From Escherichia coli (GTDB taxonomy: Bacteria > Pseudomonadota > Gammaproteobacteria > Enterobacterales > Enterobacteriaceae): 64,000 nucleotides of DNA. The notes below the pieces were generated by a model, which searched no databases, was not told the DNA's origin, and worked only from the letters and a program-made list of their open reading frames with translations. The translations under genes were made by a program, and so were the position numbers. This document shows positions 1-14,726 of the stretch, in pieces. Positions within the stretch are counted from its first letter, which is position 1. Each line of letters starts with the position of its first letter. Location: NCBI RefSeq assembly GCF_003334305.1, contig NZ_QOWS01000010.1, one strand, 5' to 3'.

Positions 1-1888
1 CCGACGCAGGGTCTGAATATTATTATCCGCAATAATGGACTCGCGCGCCTGCGCAAGTTTTTCTTCGTATATCGCCTGACGCCACTCCAGCGGCGTACGC
101 ACCGCGGGATTATCATCTTCAACGATAGTCAGTTCAACCGTTGAACCTTTTAACGTGCTCAACGCTTCAGCCAGTTTTTGCTGTGCACCGCGGTTGTTCA
201 AATGCCGCTGAGAGGAGCGCAAATGCAGACATACTGCGTTGTCGCTCTCCTCTTTCCAGGCATTTAAGGCCACCTGTTCGACCAGTTTTGGTAGCGAAAG
301 TTGACTCACCTGTGCCGCCCACGCGTCGCGCTCAATGGCTTCTGCCGCCAGCTTCGCCGCCAGTTCCGGCGTTTTTTCATGTTCCAGCGCTTTTTTCAGC
401 GCCTTCGGCGTGGCGACCACTTCTTTTTGCTGCATCACTGGAGTGGTAGCCTTCCAGCGATACGCTTCTTTTTTGGCTGGCGCTTTTTCCAGCGCCGATG
501 GCACCGGACGCGCCTGAACGCGATCGGTGACCGAAGCCAGTCTTTCCAGCGCAGCGTTATTCACCGGCCGCGCGCGGGTAGCGGCTGCCGGTTCACTCTT
601 TTTTGCTTTGGTTGCTCCCTGCACGCGCTGCAACTGCTGGCGCGCCGCCAGCACCTGGCTGGTGGTTTCCGGGAGCGGTACAGTCGGTGCCTGCTGCGGC
701 GCTGATTGCGGTTGCGGCGGCACCTGGGTTGGCGTCATTACTGCCGTTGGCGCGACGGGCGCAAAGGACTGGCGTGGCACTTCTGGCTCAGGCAGAGGCA
801 TACGTGGATGGAACGCCAGCGCGCGCAGCAGCGTCATCTCAACGCCCATGCGGCGGTCCGGCGCATACGGTAATTCTTTGCGACCAATCAACAGCGTCTG
901 ATAGTAAAGCTGAATATCCGTCGGCGGTATGGTGCGCGCCAGTTCACGCATCCGCAGCTCAATGGCGGCCATGTCGTTGCCAAGTGCAGCAGGCGAAAGT
1001 TGTACCATCGCAATACGATGCAACAGGCCGAGCATTTCCACCAGCAACGCTTCCCACTCGATACCACGGGCAGCGGCTTCATTAATCAGCGCCATTACGC
1101 GCTCGCCGTTGGCCTCGACCATCGCTTCAACCAGCGACAGCGCCTGATCGTCGTCAAGCGTACCCAGCATCGCACTGACTGCCTGGGTTGAAACCTGGCC
1201 GTCACCGCTGGCAATCGCCTGGTCGGTCAGACTTAAGGCATCTCGCAGGCTGCCTTCAGCGGCGCGCGCCAGCAATTGCAACGCCCGCGGCTCGTGAGCG
1301 ATATGTTCTTCGTTGAGGATGTGCTCAAGTTGATGGCGAATTTGCTCGACATCCAGCGCCTTGAGATGAAATTGCAAACAGCGCGACAAAATCGTCACCG
1401 GCAATTTCTGTGGATCGGTCGTCGCCAGCAGAAACTTAACGTGCTCCGGCGGCTCTTCAAGGGTTTTTAACAGTGCGTTAAAGCTGTGGCGCGACAGCAT
1501 ATGCACTTCGTCGATCAGATAAACTTTGAAACGACCACGCGCCGGAGCGTACTGGACGTTATCCAGCAGGTCGCGGGTATCTTCAACTTTGGTGCGCGAG
1601 GCGGCGTCGATTTCAATCAGATCGACAAAGCGCCCCTGCTCGATTTCACGACAGTTATCGCACACGCCGCACGGCGTCGCGGTAATGCCGGTTTCGCAGT
1701 TTAGCCCCTTCGCCAGCAGTCGGGCGATAGAGGTTTTTCCGACGCCACGGGTACCGGAAAAAAGATAAGCATGATGAATACGCCCTAACGACAAGCCGTT
1801 CGCCAGTGCGGTCAGCACATGTTCCTGGCCGACGACGTCAGCAAAGGTTTGTGGGCGCCATTTTCGGGCTAAGACCTGATAACTCATT
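1..1888 (-). CDS. dnaX: DNA polymerase III tau/gamma subunit, C-terminal end cut by window edge
   Basis: Reverse complement of 1862-1888 encodes MSYQVLARK, the DnaX N-terminus as I recall it; frame stays open to the window start; ~14 C-terminal codons missing. Not in the ORF track because no stop is present. Confidence 0.9.
563..620 (-). promoter_or_regulatory. dnaX: dnaX programmed -1 ribosomal frameshift cassette (upstream AGGGAG, slippery A AAA AAG, downstream stem-loop)
   Basis: Minus-strand reading: AGGGAG (615-620), AAAAAAG (598-604), -1 frame UGA immediately after, then GC-rich stem-loop CCGGCAGCCGC...GCGCGGCCGG (563-590). Matches the established gamma-subunit frameshift architecture. 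Confidence 0.85.
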
Positions 1889-2015
1889 GGCAGGCTCTGA
1901 AACGCTGGAAGGTGGATTCACGAAGGGGTAATGCTAACACAGCCCCGTCAGAACGGCGAGGCTGAATGCACATCTTGTGCTGTCCGTAGCGTGGGCAGCA
2001 CAAGACTGGCGATAA

Positions 2016-2567
2016 TTAATGGCCCGGGAACGGGACAAGGCTGTAGCTGGTAATGCCCTGTTTTTCGAGACGCTGTTCGCCGCCGAGATCGAACAGGTTG
2101 ATAATGAACGCAGCGTCAGCCACTTCACCACCCAGACGACGGATCAGTTTAACGGTCGCTTCGATAGTGCCGCCGGTTGCCAGCAGATCGTCCACCACCA
2201 GAACTTTGTCGCCCGGTTTGATGGCATCAACGTGGATCTCCAGCTGATCGGTGCCGTATTCCAGGTCGTAAGTTTCACTGATGGTTTCACGCGGCAGTTT
2301 GCCCGGTTTACGGACCGGTACAAAGCCAACGCCCAGACCCAGAGCTACCGGAGCGCCAAACAAGAAGCCACGCGCTTCGGTGCCGACAACTTTGGTAATG
2401 CCCGCATTTTTGTAACGCTCAACCAGCAAGTCGATGCTGAGAGCGTAAGCTTTCGGGTCTTCCAGTAAGCTGGTGACATCGCGGAAAAGAATGCCGGGTT
2501 TTGGGTAGTCCTGAATGCTTTTGATGCTATTTTTGAGATACTCAAGCTGCTGTGCAGTCGCGGTCAT
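2016..2567 (-). CDS. apt: adenine phosphoribosyltransferase
   Basis: 183-aa product starting [16 protein letters not shown] at internal ATG 2567; the track ORF is N-terminally extended. Confidence 0.93.
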
Positions 2568-2719
2568 AAGTGTATGCCTGCTTGTTACGGTGGTACTCAC
2601 GGCGCGTTTTAAACGTATCAAAAGTAACAGTTGTTTAACCTTTGACCGCCTGCGCCTGTGCTCGAAAACGCCAGAATGTACTGGCTGTACGCAATAATTG
2701 CAACTGCGATTGTTGTGCT

Positions 2720-3097
2720 TCAGTGCTTTTCTTGCTTTTCATCAATCACCGGAATTCGCCACATATAGAAAAGCAAACAGGCGAGAATTACCAGCAACAT
2801 GATGCGCACCCATGGCATCTGGACGAACCACAGAGAAATGGCAAACGTGAGCAAAATAAGCAAAATCGCCCGCGGTTTGACGCCGCGCGGCATCGCATGA
2901 TGTTTCTGCCAGAAACGTAGATAGCTGCCAAACCATGAGCGGTACAGCAACCAGGCGTGAAAGCGCGGGGAAGAACGGGCAAAGCACCAGGCCGCCAGCA
3001 GGATAAACGGCGTCGTCGGTAATACCGGTAATACCACGCCCAGCGTACCCAGCACTACCGCCAGCCAGCCAATGATGATTAAAATGATTCGTTGCAT
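2720..3097 (-). CDS. ybaN: inner membrane protein, DUF454 family
   Basis: 125-aa hydrophobic ORF; position and sequence match remembered K-12 YbaN. Confidence 0.85.
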
Positions 3098-3166
3098 ATT
3101 GAGTGTTGTCAGCTTACAGAGTGGCTACTTTAGCATAACAATTATCATTTTCATTGAGGTCTTATC

Positions 3167-3694
3167 GTGAAAACCGCCCTGCTGCTGGAAAAACTGGAAG
3201 GACAGCTCGCTACGCTGCGTCAGCGTTGTGCCCCGGTAGCGCAATTTGCCACGCTAAGTGCCCGTTTTGACAGACACCTTTTTCAAACCCGTGCGACAAC
3301 ACTGCAGGCTTGTCTCGATGAGGCGGGCGATAATCTGGCTGCGCTTCGTCATGCAGTTGAGCAGCAACAGCTGCCGCAAGTGGCCTGGCTGGCGGAACAT
3401 CTGGCGGCACAACTGGAAGCCATCGCGCGTGAAGCCTCCGCCTGGTCATTGCGCGAGTGGGACAGTGCGCCACCGAAAATTGCCCGCTGGCAGCGTAAAC
3501 GTATTCAGCATCAGGATTTTGAGCGGCGGCTACGTGAGATGGTTGCCGAACGCAGAGCCCGCCTGGCGCGGGTGACCGATCTCGTGGAACAGCAAACGCT
3601 GCATCGTGAAGTGGAAGCCTATGAAGCGCGCCTGGCACGCTGCCGCCATGCGCTGGAAAAAATCGAAAACAGGCTAGCGCGCTTAACCCGCTAG
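3167..3694 (+). CDS. priC: primosomal replication protein N''
   Basis: 175-aa ORF with GTG start ([21 protein letters not shown]); matches remembered PriC. Confidence 0.9.
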   Translation: MKTALLLEKLEGQLATLRQRCAPVAQFATLSARFDRHLFQTRATTLQACLDEAGDNLAALRHAVEQQQLPQVAWLAEHLAAQLEAIAREASAWSLREWDSAPPKIARWQRKRIQHQDFERRLREMVAERRARLARVTDLVEQQTLHREVEAYEARLARCRHALEKIENRLARLTR

Positions 3695-3707
3695 CAATGG
3701 AGAGAGT

Positions 3708-3869
3708 ATGTCACTGGAAAATGCCCCTGACGATGTCAAACTGGCTGTCGATTTGATTGTGCTGCTGGAAGAAAATCAGATCCCAGCCCGCACCGTGCTG
3801 CGCGCGCTGGATATTGTAAAACGCGATTATGAAAAGAAATTAACGCGCGATGATGAGGCGGAAAAGTGA
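3708..3869 (+). CDS. ybaM: small DUF2496 protein (53 aa)
   Basis: ATG at 3708, stop TGA 3867-3869, translation [29 protein letters not shown]...; below the track size cutoff; conserved neighbour of priC. Confidence 0.75.
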   Translation: MSLENAPDDVKLAVDLIVLLEENQIPARTVLRALDIVKRDYEKKLTRDDEAEK

Positions 3870-3922
3870 GAAATAAATGGGGCCGCTAAATGTCCCCTAA
3901 GATTGTGGGCAAACGCAAAACT

Positions 3923-4024
3923 GCCTGATGCGCTACGCTTATCAGGCCTACACCGCTCCTGCAATACATTGAATTCTTGCGGTTTCGTAGGCCGGATAAG
4001 GCGGTCACGCCGCATCCGGCATGA
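3923..4024. repeat. REP/BIME cluster (two palindromic units)
   Basis: gcctgatgcgctacgcttatcaggcctaca and gtaggccggataaggcggtcacgccgcatccggca are typical E. coli REP palindromes. Confidence 0.8.
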
Positions 4025-4080
4025 ACAACGCGCACTTTGTCAGTAATCTCGGGGCAACTAAATGTCGCCCCCTTTGGTTA

Positions 4081-7000
4081 TTACCCTACCGCTGGCGTCG
4101 GGTCATCGCCTTTGTAGTCGCGTTTGACTTCCGTCACCTCATCGCCCTTCTCGTTGTGCAGATGCACTTCAAGCTGGTTAAAGGCAATGTTGATGTCGTT
4201 TTCACGGCACAGCTGATCGATAGTACGGTTCAGCTCATCGACAGTACGACTACGGTCACGCAGTTCACGCACATACAGACGCAGCTCATGATCCAACGTG
4301 CTGGCACCAAACGCCGTAAAGAAGACTTCCGGCATTGGTTCGTGCATCACCCTTGGGTGCTCAGTCGCCGCCTTCAGTAACACTTTACGCACTTTTTCCA
4401 GATCGGAGCCATAGGCCACGCCGAGACGGATCACCAGACGCGTAGTAGTGTCAGTCAACGACCAGTTGATCAGACGCTCGGTAACAAACGCTTTGTTCGG
4501 GATGATCACTTCTTTGCGATCGAAATCGGTAATCGTTGTCGCACGAATACGGATCTTACTTACCGTCCCCGAGAAGCTACCAATGGTTACCGTATCGCCA
4601 ATACGCACCGGACGTTCGAACAGAATGATCAAACCGGAGACGAAGTTACCGAAAATTTCTTGTAAACCAAAACCAAGACCTACGGATAATGCTGCGGCCA
4701 GCCACTGGAGTTTATCCCAAGAGACGCCCAGCGATCCGAACACCGTCATCGCACCAACGGCAATAATGATGTAGTTAAGGATGGTAGTAATGGCATACGA
4801 CGCGCCCTGACGCATATTCAGTCGCGAGAGCACCAGCACTTCCAGTAAACCAGGCAGGTTGCGAATCAACGCCCAGGCCACCATTGAGGCGATAATCGCA
4901 AACAACAGACTGCCCATGGTGACGTTTTTCACCACCGCAGCGCCAGCTTCAGTGCCGTTGTAATGCCAGAGCGTGATGCTGTCGAGATAGCTGAACACGG
5001 TGATCAAATCGGACCAAATTGCCCAGAACATGACACCGAACAGCGCAAACATCAGCAACATGGTAATACGCAGCGTCTGCTGGTTAACTTGCTCCAGTGC
5101 AATGGTGGGTTCTTCCGGCGGTTCGGCACCTTCTGCGCCCTCTTTCACCAGATTCTGCCGACGCGCCAGCGCACGACGCCAGGCGATACGCCGCGCCGCT
5201 ACGCTTAAGCCGCGCAATACCGTCTGGTAGAGCAAGTTCCAGATGATCACCAGATAAACGGTTTCAATCCAACGCCCGGAGAGGCGCAGCGTGGTGTAGA
5301 AATAACCCGTGGCAGTCAGCACCATCAATGCAATCGGGATAATCGACAGCACGGTAATGGTGACCAGTCGCATGGTGTGCGACTCTTTATCACGCCAGCT
5401 TTCGCGGCACATTGGCCATACCAGGAAGGCAATCAGCAGCAGGTTGAAGAAAATCATCGCCTGCCCCAGCACATCATCCATCAGATGCAGCGGGGAAAGT
5501 TCTGCCACCACAGACCAGAAATGGATAGGCAGCAACGCGAGACTGATGCGGACAATTTGCCGACGCCAGTGGCTGGTCTGCTGCTCCGGCATGCCGAAGT
5601 GACGCACGGCAACGCCATTTTTCTCCAGTACCTTCCAGCACAGGCCAAACACCAGCCAGAAAATCGCCAGTTTTTTACTGAACGACCATAGCAGTTCGCT
5701 GATGTTGAGCTGCATGGTCAACAGAATCAGGCCAACCGCGAGAATAATCAGGCACACCGGCAGCGCGCGGATCAGGTCGATAAGGATCGCTTTTGGTGTG
5801 TTGAGCTGGCTATCGTTACGCAGGGAACCCACAGCGGAAGCCAGTTTCTGTTGATACGCTTTCAGCCAGCCCAGACGCCAGTGGATCAGCCCGGCAATCA
5901 ACAGCAGCGGCAAACCGGCGAGGAAAGCGATAAAAACGGCAGGCCAGGCTTTTTCCCAGTTCACCGTGATTTTCATCGACTTAAATTCATCTTTCAGGCT
6001 TTGCGGGAACGCTTTGATCCAGTCCCAGTCCATTGGACGGTTACTGTTCACCCAAAAGATTTGCTGAGTCAGGATGGATTTCAGGTTTTTCGATACGCTC
6101 ATTAACTGCTGCTGGTTGATTTGCAGGTTAATGGCCATCATCAGCTGGTTACCCAACTGTTTGTTGAGTTGATCCAGCAATTCGCGACGCATATCAACCA
6201 CTTGCAATAACGCATCGTGAACTTCGCTGTTGACTTCGTTGGTGTGACCTTCTTCCAGTTTGTTGACGAACGCATCGCTCTGGAAGAGTGCATCACGCTG
6301 CTGGTTAACTTCAAACTGTTCGAGACGCAAATCCGCGATGCGGTTGGTCATGTTTTCCAGTTCATCCGCCGAGGGCAGCGTTTGTTGTTGCTGGTAAAGG
6401 ATACGAGACAACAGCAGGCTACCCTTCAGGACGGCAATCTGCTCTTTAATATTGCGTTCCGATTGCAGCGCCCGCTCCAGCCAGTTTTTGACTTTAATGT
6501 TTTGCTGCATCAACTGATTACCGTTTTCAGTCGCGGTAATCAGACGCTGACTTAACTGCTGGTTAATTTCCAGTTCCTGCTTCACCAGCGGATTAGCCTG
6601 AATACGCGCGGCTTCATCCGGGGAGACGGCTTCCTGCGCCGTTTTTTCGGTTAAAGTCAGGCGCTTGCTGTTTACCGCTTCTTGCAACAGTTGTAACTGG
6701 TGCTCCAGACGAGCGCTGTTCGCCGTCACGTAATCACGTTGCTTTTGCAAGGTATCCTGCAAGACGGTGTTCCCTTCCAGGCTTTTACGCTGCTGGTCAA
6801 TCTCCGCATTCAGCAACGCCTGCTGGGCCTGCATTAACACTTTCTGGCTGGGACGTAAGGCTGTCTCGCCGACATCAGTCCCATCCAGACGACTGCGAAT
6901 TTGTTGCAGCTGCTGCGAAGCGTTATACATCGCATTTTGCACGCGTTCGGGCTGCGTCTGTAACGAAACCAGCTGGCTGTTATAAGACGCCAGATCGTTT

Positions 7001-7443
7001 TGTGCGTTTTGCAAATCGTCCAGCGCCTGGGCAACGCGAGTTTCCAGCTGGCGCAACGAAAGCGTGCTCAGAATTTTGCGCGTTTCTTCGTCGTTATCGA
7101 CATCGCTAAGTGCTGTTAACGCCGCGGTCGCCTGGCGCATTTTTTCCGGCGCTTCAGCGACTTTTTGCCGTAGCTGAACTGTCTCTTCTTTTATGCGATC
7201 GATTTTATCGAGGGTGGCTAATGTATCTGTCAGATCCTGCTGCACCAGTTTGTCCTGAGCAGAAAGATCTTTTTGTTTATTTAGTGAGTCAAGTTGCGCC
7301 TGCAGGTCCGCTTTTGTCGGCAGATCACCATTCGATGACGCCCGCGCAAACGCCGTGTTCTGGCATAACAAGACAAAAACAAAAGCAATAAATGCTGAAA
7401 AAACAAAATGCCGTGATCGTTTGTAATACTGGAACATAGTCAT
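4081..7443 (-). CDS. mscK: potassium-dependent mechanosensitive channel
   Basis: 1120-aa ORF with long N-terminal coiled-coil region and C-terminal MscS-like channel domain; matches remembered MscK (KefA). Confidence 0.93.
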   Translation of the reverse strand: MTMFQYYKRSRHFVFSAFIAFVFVLLCQNTAFARASSNGDLPTKADLQAQLDSLNKQKDLSAQDKLVQQDLTDTLATLDKIDRIKEETVQLRQKVAEAPEKMRQATAALTALSDVDNDEETRKILSTLSLRQLETRVAQALDDLQNAQNDLASYNSQLVSLQTQPERVQNAMYNASQQLQQIRSRLDGTDVGETALRPSQKVLMQAQQALLNAEIDQQRKSLEGNTVLQDTLQKQRDYVTANSARLEHQLQLLQEAVNSKRLTLTEKTAQEAVSPDEAARIQANPLVKQELEINQQLSQRLITATENGNQLMQQNIKVKNWLERALQSERNIKEQIAVLKGSLLLSRILYQQQQTLPSADELENMTNRIADLRLEQFEVNQQRDALFQSDAFVNKLEEGHTNEVNSEVHDALLQVVDMRRELLDQLNKQLGNQLMMAINLQINQQQLMSVSKNLKSILTQQIFWVNSNRPMDWDWIKAFPQSLKDEFKSMKITVNWEKAWPAVFIAFLAGLPLLLIAGLIHWRLGWLKAYQQKLASAVGSLRNDSQLNTPKAILIDLIRALPVCLIILAVGLILLTMQLNISELLWSFSKKLAIFWLVFGLCWKVLEKNGVAVRHFGMPEQQTSHWRRQIVRISLALLPIHFWSVVAELSPLHLMDDVLGQAMIFFNLLLIAFLVWPMCRESWRDKESHTMRLVTITVLSIIPIALMVLTATGYFYTTLRLSGRWIETVYLVIIWNLLYQTVLRGLSVAARRIAWRRALARRQNLVKEGAEGAEPPEEPTIALEQVNQQTLRITMLLMFALFGVMFWAIWSDLITVFSYLDSITLWHYNGTEAGAAVVKNVTMGSLLFAIIASMVAWALIRNLPGLLEVLVLSRLNMRQGASYAITTILNYIIIAVGAMTVFGSLGVSWDKLQWLAAALSVGLGFGLQEIFGNFVSGLIILFERPVRIGDTVTIGSFSGTVSKIRIRATTITDFDRKEVIIPNKAFVTERLINWSLTDTTTRLVIRLGVAYGSDLEKVRKVLLKAATEHPRVMHEPMPEVFFTAFGASTLDHELRLYVRELRDRSRTVDELNRTIDQLCRENDINIAFNQLEVHLHNEKGDEVTEVKRDYKGDDPTPAVG

Positions 7444-7570
7444 GATGAATGAAGGTTTCTGAACCTGAAGAACGACCTGAAAAAGTCAAACCGCAAGAAT
7501 ATCACGACGCAGTGAACCAGAATAGCAACGACGAAAATGTCCAGGAAAAATCCTGGAGTCAGATTCAGGG

Positions 7571-8218
7571 TTATTCGTTAGTGGCAGGATTACGAAGCGT
7601 GGGGCACAGGAGATACATCTCCAGTAAGATGGCGACGTAATCGCGGGCTTCTTTTTTAAGATCAAAAGATTGCGGGGCAAAGAGCCAGTTTTCCATCAGG
7701 CCGGAAATATAGCCGCGCATAATAATTGCTGCCCGACGCGTCATTAAATCCGCAGGCAACATTTTCGCTTCAATACAATGTTTTAACGTTTGTTCTATAC
7801 GGTCATAACTTTCCAGACAGAGATTACGTTGTGCCTGTTGCACAACAGCCATTTCTCCGACAAATTCGCATTTGTGGAATATAATCTCCATCAATAATCG
7901 ACGTCGTTCTTCTGTCACCGTGGATTCAAGAACATGAATTAATATCTCTCTTAATACTGAGAGTGGATCGCCAGGGAATTTTGCCTGATACTCAAGCTCT
8001 AGTTCACCAATATTGGATTCTGACAGTTCCCAGATCTCACTGAACAAATCCGACTTGTCTTTAAAATGCCAGTAGATTGCACCGCGCGTAACGCCAGCTG
8101 CTTTTGCAATCTCGCCCAGCGAGGTGGATGATACCCCCTGCTGTGAGAAAAGACGTAGAGCCACATCGAGGATGTGTTGGCGCGTTTCTTGCGCTTCTTG
8201 TTTGGTTTTTCGTGCCAT
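7571..8218 (-). CDS. acrR: TetR-family repressor of acrAB
   Basis: 215-aa [27 protein letters not shown]..., divergent from acrA. Confidence 0.95.
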
Positions 8219-8246
8219 ATGTTCGTGAATTTACAGGCGTTAGATT

Positions 8247-8270
8247 TACATACATTTGTGAATGTATGTA
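8247..8270. promoter_or_regulatory. AcrR operator palindrome in the acrR-acrA divergent promoter region
   Basis: 24-bp near-palindrome TACATACATTTGTGAATGTATGTA seen directly; matches the AcrR binding site as I recall it from the literature. Confidence 0.75.
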
Positions 8271-8359
8271 CCATAGCACGACGATAATATAAACGCAGCA
8301 ATGGGTTTATTAACTTTTGACCATTGACCAATTTGAAATCGGACACTCGAGGTTTACAT

Positions 8360-9553
8360 ATGAACAAAAACAGAGGGTTTACGCCTCTGGCGGTCGTTCT
8401 GATGCTCTCAGGCAGCTTAGCCCTAACAGGATGTGACGACAAACAGGCCCAACAAGGTGGCCAGCAGATGCCCGCCGTTGGCGTAGTAACAGTCAAAACT
8501 GAACCTCTGCAGATCACAACCGAGCTTCCGGGTCGCACCAGTGCCTACCGGATCGCAGAAGTTCGTCCTCAAGTTAGCGGGATTATCCTGAAGCGTAATT
8601 TCAAAGAAGGTAGCGACATCGAAGCAGGTGTCTCTCTCTATCAGATTGATCCTGCGACCTATCAGGCGACATACGACAGTGCGAAAGGTGATCTGGCGAA
8701 AGCCCAGGCTGCAGCCAATATCGCGCAATTGACGGTGAATCGTTATCAGAAACTGCTCGGTACTCAGTACATCAGTAAGCAAGAGTACGATCAGGCTCTG
8801 GCTGATGCGCAACAGGCGAATGCTGCGGTAACTGCGGCGAAAGCTGCCGTTGAAACTGCGCGGATCAATCTGGCTTACACCAAAGTCACCTCTCCGATTA
8901 GCGGTCGCATTGGTAAGTCGAACGTGACGGAAGGCGCATTGGTACAGAACGGTCAGGCGACTGCGCTGGCAACCGTGCAGCAACTTGATCCGATCTACGT
9001 TGATGTGACCCAGTCCAGCAACGACTTCCTGCGCCTGAAACAGGAACTGGCGAATGGCACGCTGAAACAAGAGAACGGCAAAGCCAAAGTGTCGCTGATC
9101 ACCAGTGACGGCATTAAGTTCCCGCAGGACGGTACGCTGGAATTCTCTGACGTTACCGTTGATCAGACCACTGGGTCTATCACCCTACGCGCTATCTTCC
9201 CGAACCCGGATCACACTCTGCTGCCGGGTATGTTCGTGCGCGCACGTCTGGAAGAAGGGCTTAATCCAAACGCTATTTTAGTCCCGCAACAGGGCGTAAC
9301 CCGTACGCCGCGTGGTGATGCCACCGTACTGGTAGTTGGCGCGGATGACAAAGTGGAAACCCGTCCGATCGTTGCAAGCCAGGCTATTGGCGATAAGTGG
9401 CTGGTGACAGAAGGTCTGAAAGCAGGCGATCGCGTAGTAATAAGTGGGCTGCAGAAAGTGCGTCCTGGTGTCCAGGTAAAAGCACAAGAAGTTACCGCTG
9501 ATAATAACCAGCAAGCCGCAAGCGGTGCTCAGCCTGAACAGTCCAAGTCTTAA
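8360..9553 (+). CDS. acrA: multidrug efflux periplasmic adaptor (lipoprotein)
   Basis: 397-aa product from ATG 8360 (MNKNRGFTPLAVVLMLSGSLALTGC lipobox); the track ORF is N-terminally extended. Confidence 0.95.
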   Translation: MNKNRGFTPLAVVLMLSGSLALTGCDDKQAQQGGQQMPAVGVVTVKTEPLQITTELPGRTSAYRIAEVRPQVSGIILKRNFKEGSDIEAGVSLYQIDPATYQATYDSAKGDLAKAQAAANIAQLTVNRYQKLLGTQYISKQEYDQALADAQQANAAVTAAKAAVETARINLAYTKVTSPISGRIGKSNVTEGALVQNGQATALATVQQLDPIYVDVTQSSNDFLRLKQELANGTLKQENGKAKVSLITSDGIKFPQDGTLEFSDVTVDQTTGSITLRAIFPNPDHTLLPGMFVRARLEEGLNPNAILVPQQGVTRTPRGDATVLVVGADDKVETRPIVASQAIGDKWLVTEGLKAGDRVVISGLQKVRPGVQVKAQEVTADNNQQAASGAQPEQSKS

Positions 9554-9572
9554 CTTAAACAGGAGCCGTTAA

Positions 9573-12725
<3,153 letters not shown>

Positions 12726-12744
12726 TACAACGTGTAATCACTAA

Positions 12745-12766
12745 GGCCGCGCAAGCGGCCTTTTTT
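12745..12766 (+). terminator. intrinsic terminator after acrB
   Basis: ggccgc-gcaa-gcggcc hairpin followed by tttttt. Confidence 0.7.
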
Positions 12767-13270
12767 ATGCATAACCTACGAACATTAAGGAGTAATTGAA
12801 CCACCAACTCAGGATCTCATACGAAAACCAGTATTAACCACGGATAAAATTCATAAAAAATACTGATTGTTAGTTAATTTATATTAAGTAGCGCTAATAG
12901 ATTTAATAATCCATAATCATTTAGAGGCTATTCTTAATTATTTGCGGTAATTCTTTATTCATTCCTCGGTTATTACGTCATATTCAGAGCAATCCTGGTA
13001 TTAGTGTCACCAATTTCATCTGGCGATAATCCTGAAATGTTATGAACAGTTCGAGCAGACTGCTTTTACCTGCTGCGGGTTAGTGCTAGTATGAAAAAGT
13101 GAGTCCTGTCCCGATTCCTTCCTAATTGTAATTTTTCGTAATAATGCGATGAAAACCTGCAAAGAGTGGCTTATAGTTAAGCTAACAAACGAGAGGGCAA
13201 GTCCAGGTCAGTAAGTTTTTTCCATCCCGAAAGGTGTCCGTTAGTTCAACCGCTAAGAAGGGGACGCGTT

Positions 13271-13645
13271 ATGGATGAATACTCACCCAAAAGACATGAT
13301 ATCGCACAGCTTAAGTTTCTCTGTGAAACCCTGTATCATGACTGCCTTGCAAACCTTGAAGAAAGCAATCATGGCTGGGTTAACGACCCAACCTCGGCGA
13401 TCAACCTCCAGTTGAATGAACTGATTGAGCATATTGCGACCTTCGCACTTAATTACAAAATTAAGTATAATGAAGACAATAAGCTCATTGAGCAGATCGA
13501 CGAATATCTGGATGACACCTTTATGTTGTTCAGTAGTTATGGTATTAATATGCAGGATCTTCAGAAATGGCGGAAGTCAGGTAATCGACTATTCCGTTGT
13601 TTTGTCAATGCGACGAAAGAGAATCCTGCGAGTTTATCTTGTTAG
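13271..13645 (+). CDS. tomB: Hha toxicity modulator TomB
   Basis: 124-aa [28 protein letters not shown]... matches remembered TomB (YbaJ). Confidence 0.93.
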
Positions 13646-13670
13646 AATTATTACAACCATGGGTAGAAGT

Positions 13671-13889
13671 ATGTCCGAAAAACCTTTAACGAAAACCGAT
13701 TATTTAATGCGTTTACGTCGTTGCCAGACAATTGACACGCTGGAGCGTGTTATCGAGAAAAATAAATACGAATTATCAGATAATGAACTGGCGGTATTTT
13801 ACTCAGCCGCAGATCACCGCCTCGCCGAATTGACCATGAATAAACTATACGACAAGATCCCTTCCTCAGTATGGAAATTTATTCGCTAA
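13671..13889 (+). CDS. hha: haemolysin expression modulator Hha
   Basis: 72-aa product from ATG 13671 ([27 protein letters not shown]...); the track ORF 13425..13889 is an upstream extension overlapping tomB. Confidence 0.93.
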
Positions 13890-14059
13890 TAAATAATTCG
13901 CTTTCGGAGCTATAACCGGCTGTTTATTAAGAATTTTATACTTTTCACCATGAAGACATACCCTATGTGATCTTTATCACACAGATGTAATGGGAACGTT
14001 CTCTTCACTGACTTTTCGTCTTACTGTGTTGCCGCATTTTCAGCAACCGGAGGTCAGTA

Positions 14060-14611
14060 ATGAGCACAGAAAAAGAAAAGATGATTGCTGGTGAGTTGTA
14101 TCGCTCGGCAGATGAGACGTTATCTCGCGATCGCCTGCGCGCTCGTCAGCTTATTCACCGATACAATCATTCCCTGGCGGAAGAGCACACATTACGCCAG
14201 CAAATTCTCGCTGATCTATTCGGTCAGGTGACAGAGGCTTATATTGAGCCAACGTTTCGCTGTGACTATGGCTATAACATTTTTCTCGGTAATAATTTTT
14301 TCGCCAACTTCGATTGCGTGATGCTTGATGTCTGCCCTATTCGCATCGGTGATAACTGTATGTTGGCACCAGGCGTTCATATCTACACGGCAACACATCC
14401 CATCGACCCTGTAGCACGTAATAGCGGTGCTGAACTGGGGAAACCCGTCACCATCGGTAATAACGTCTGGATTGGCGGACGCGCGGTCATTAACCCTGGT
14501 GTGACCATTGGTGATAACGTCGTGGTAGCCTCAGGTGCAGTTGTCACAAAAGATGTCCCGGACAACGTTGTCGTGGGCGGTAATCCAGCCAGAATAATTA
14601 AAAAATTGTAA
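14060..14611 (+). CDS. maa: maltose O-acetyltransferase (hexapeptide-repeat)
   Basis: 183-aa ORF with left-handed beta-helix hexapeptide repeats in the C-terminal half. Confidence 0.92.
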
Positions 14612-14726
14612 TCGGTTTTTCGCAACTGTTATGCAAAATTGTGGTAAATCTGTTACTTCCTCTCTACTATTCCCACGTTAAAATAGGGTGTTCCCTGGAA
14701 AGTTGCAGATACCACGAAGGCAAACG

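Noticed and set aside
141-1768. Cluster of plus-strand ORFs (141..449, 301..705, 603..1085, 1526..1768 and others)
   Set aside because: All are antisense or out-of-frame to dnaX, which occupies 1-1888 on the minus strand and is missing from the track only because its stop codon lies outside the window.
7999-8538. 179-aa minus-strand ORF spanning the acrR-acrA intergenic region
   Set aside because: It overlaps the acrR 5' end, the AcrR operator and the acrA start; it is a chance frame in a regulatory region.
13425-13889. 154-aa extended ORF as the hha gene
   Set aside because: The extension overlaps tomB in another frame; the conserved 72-aa Hha starts at ATG 13671.
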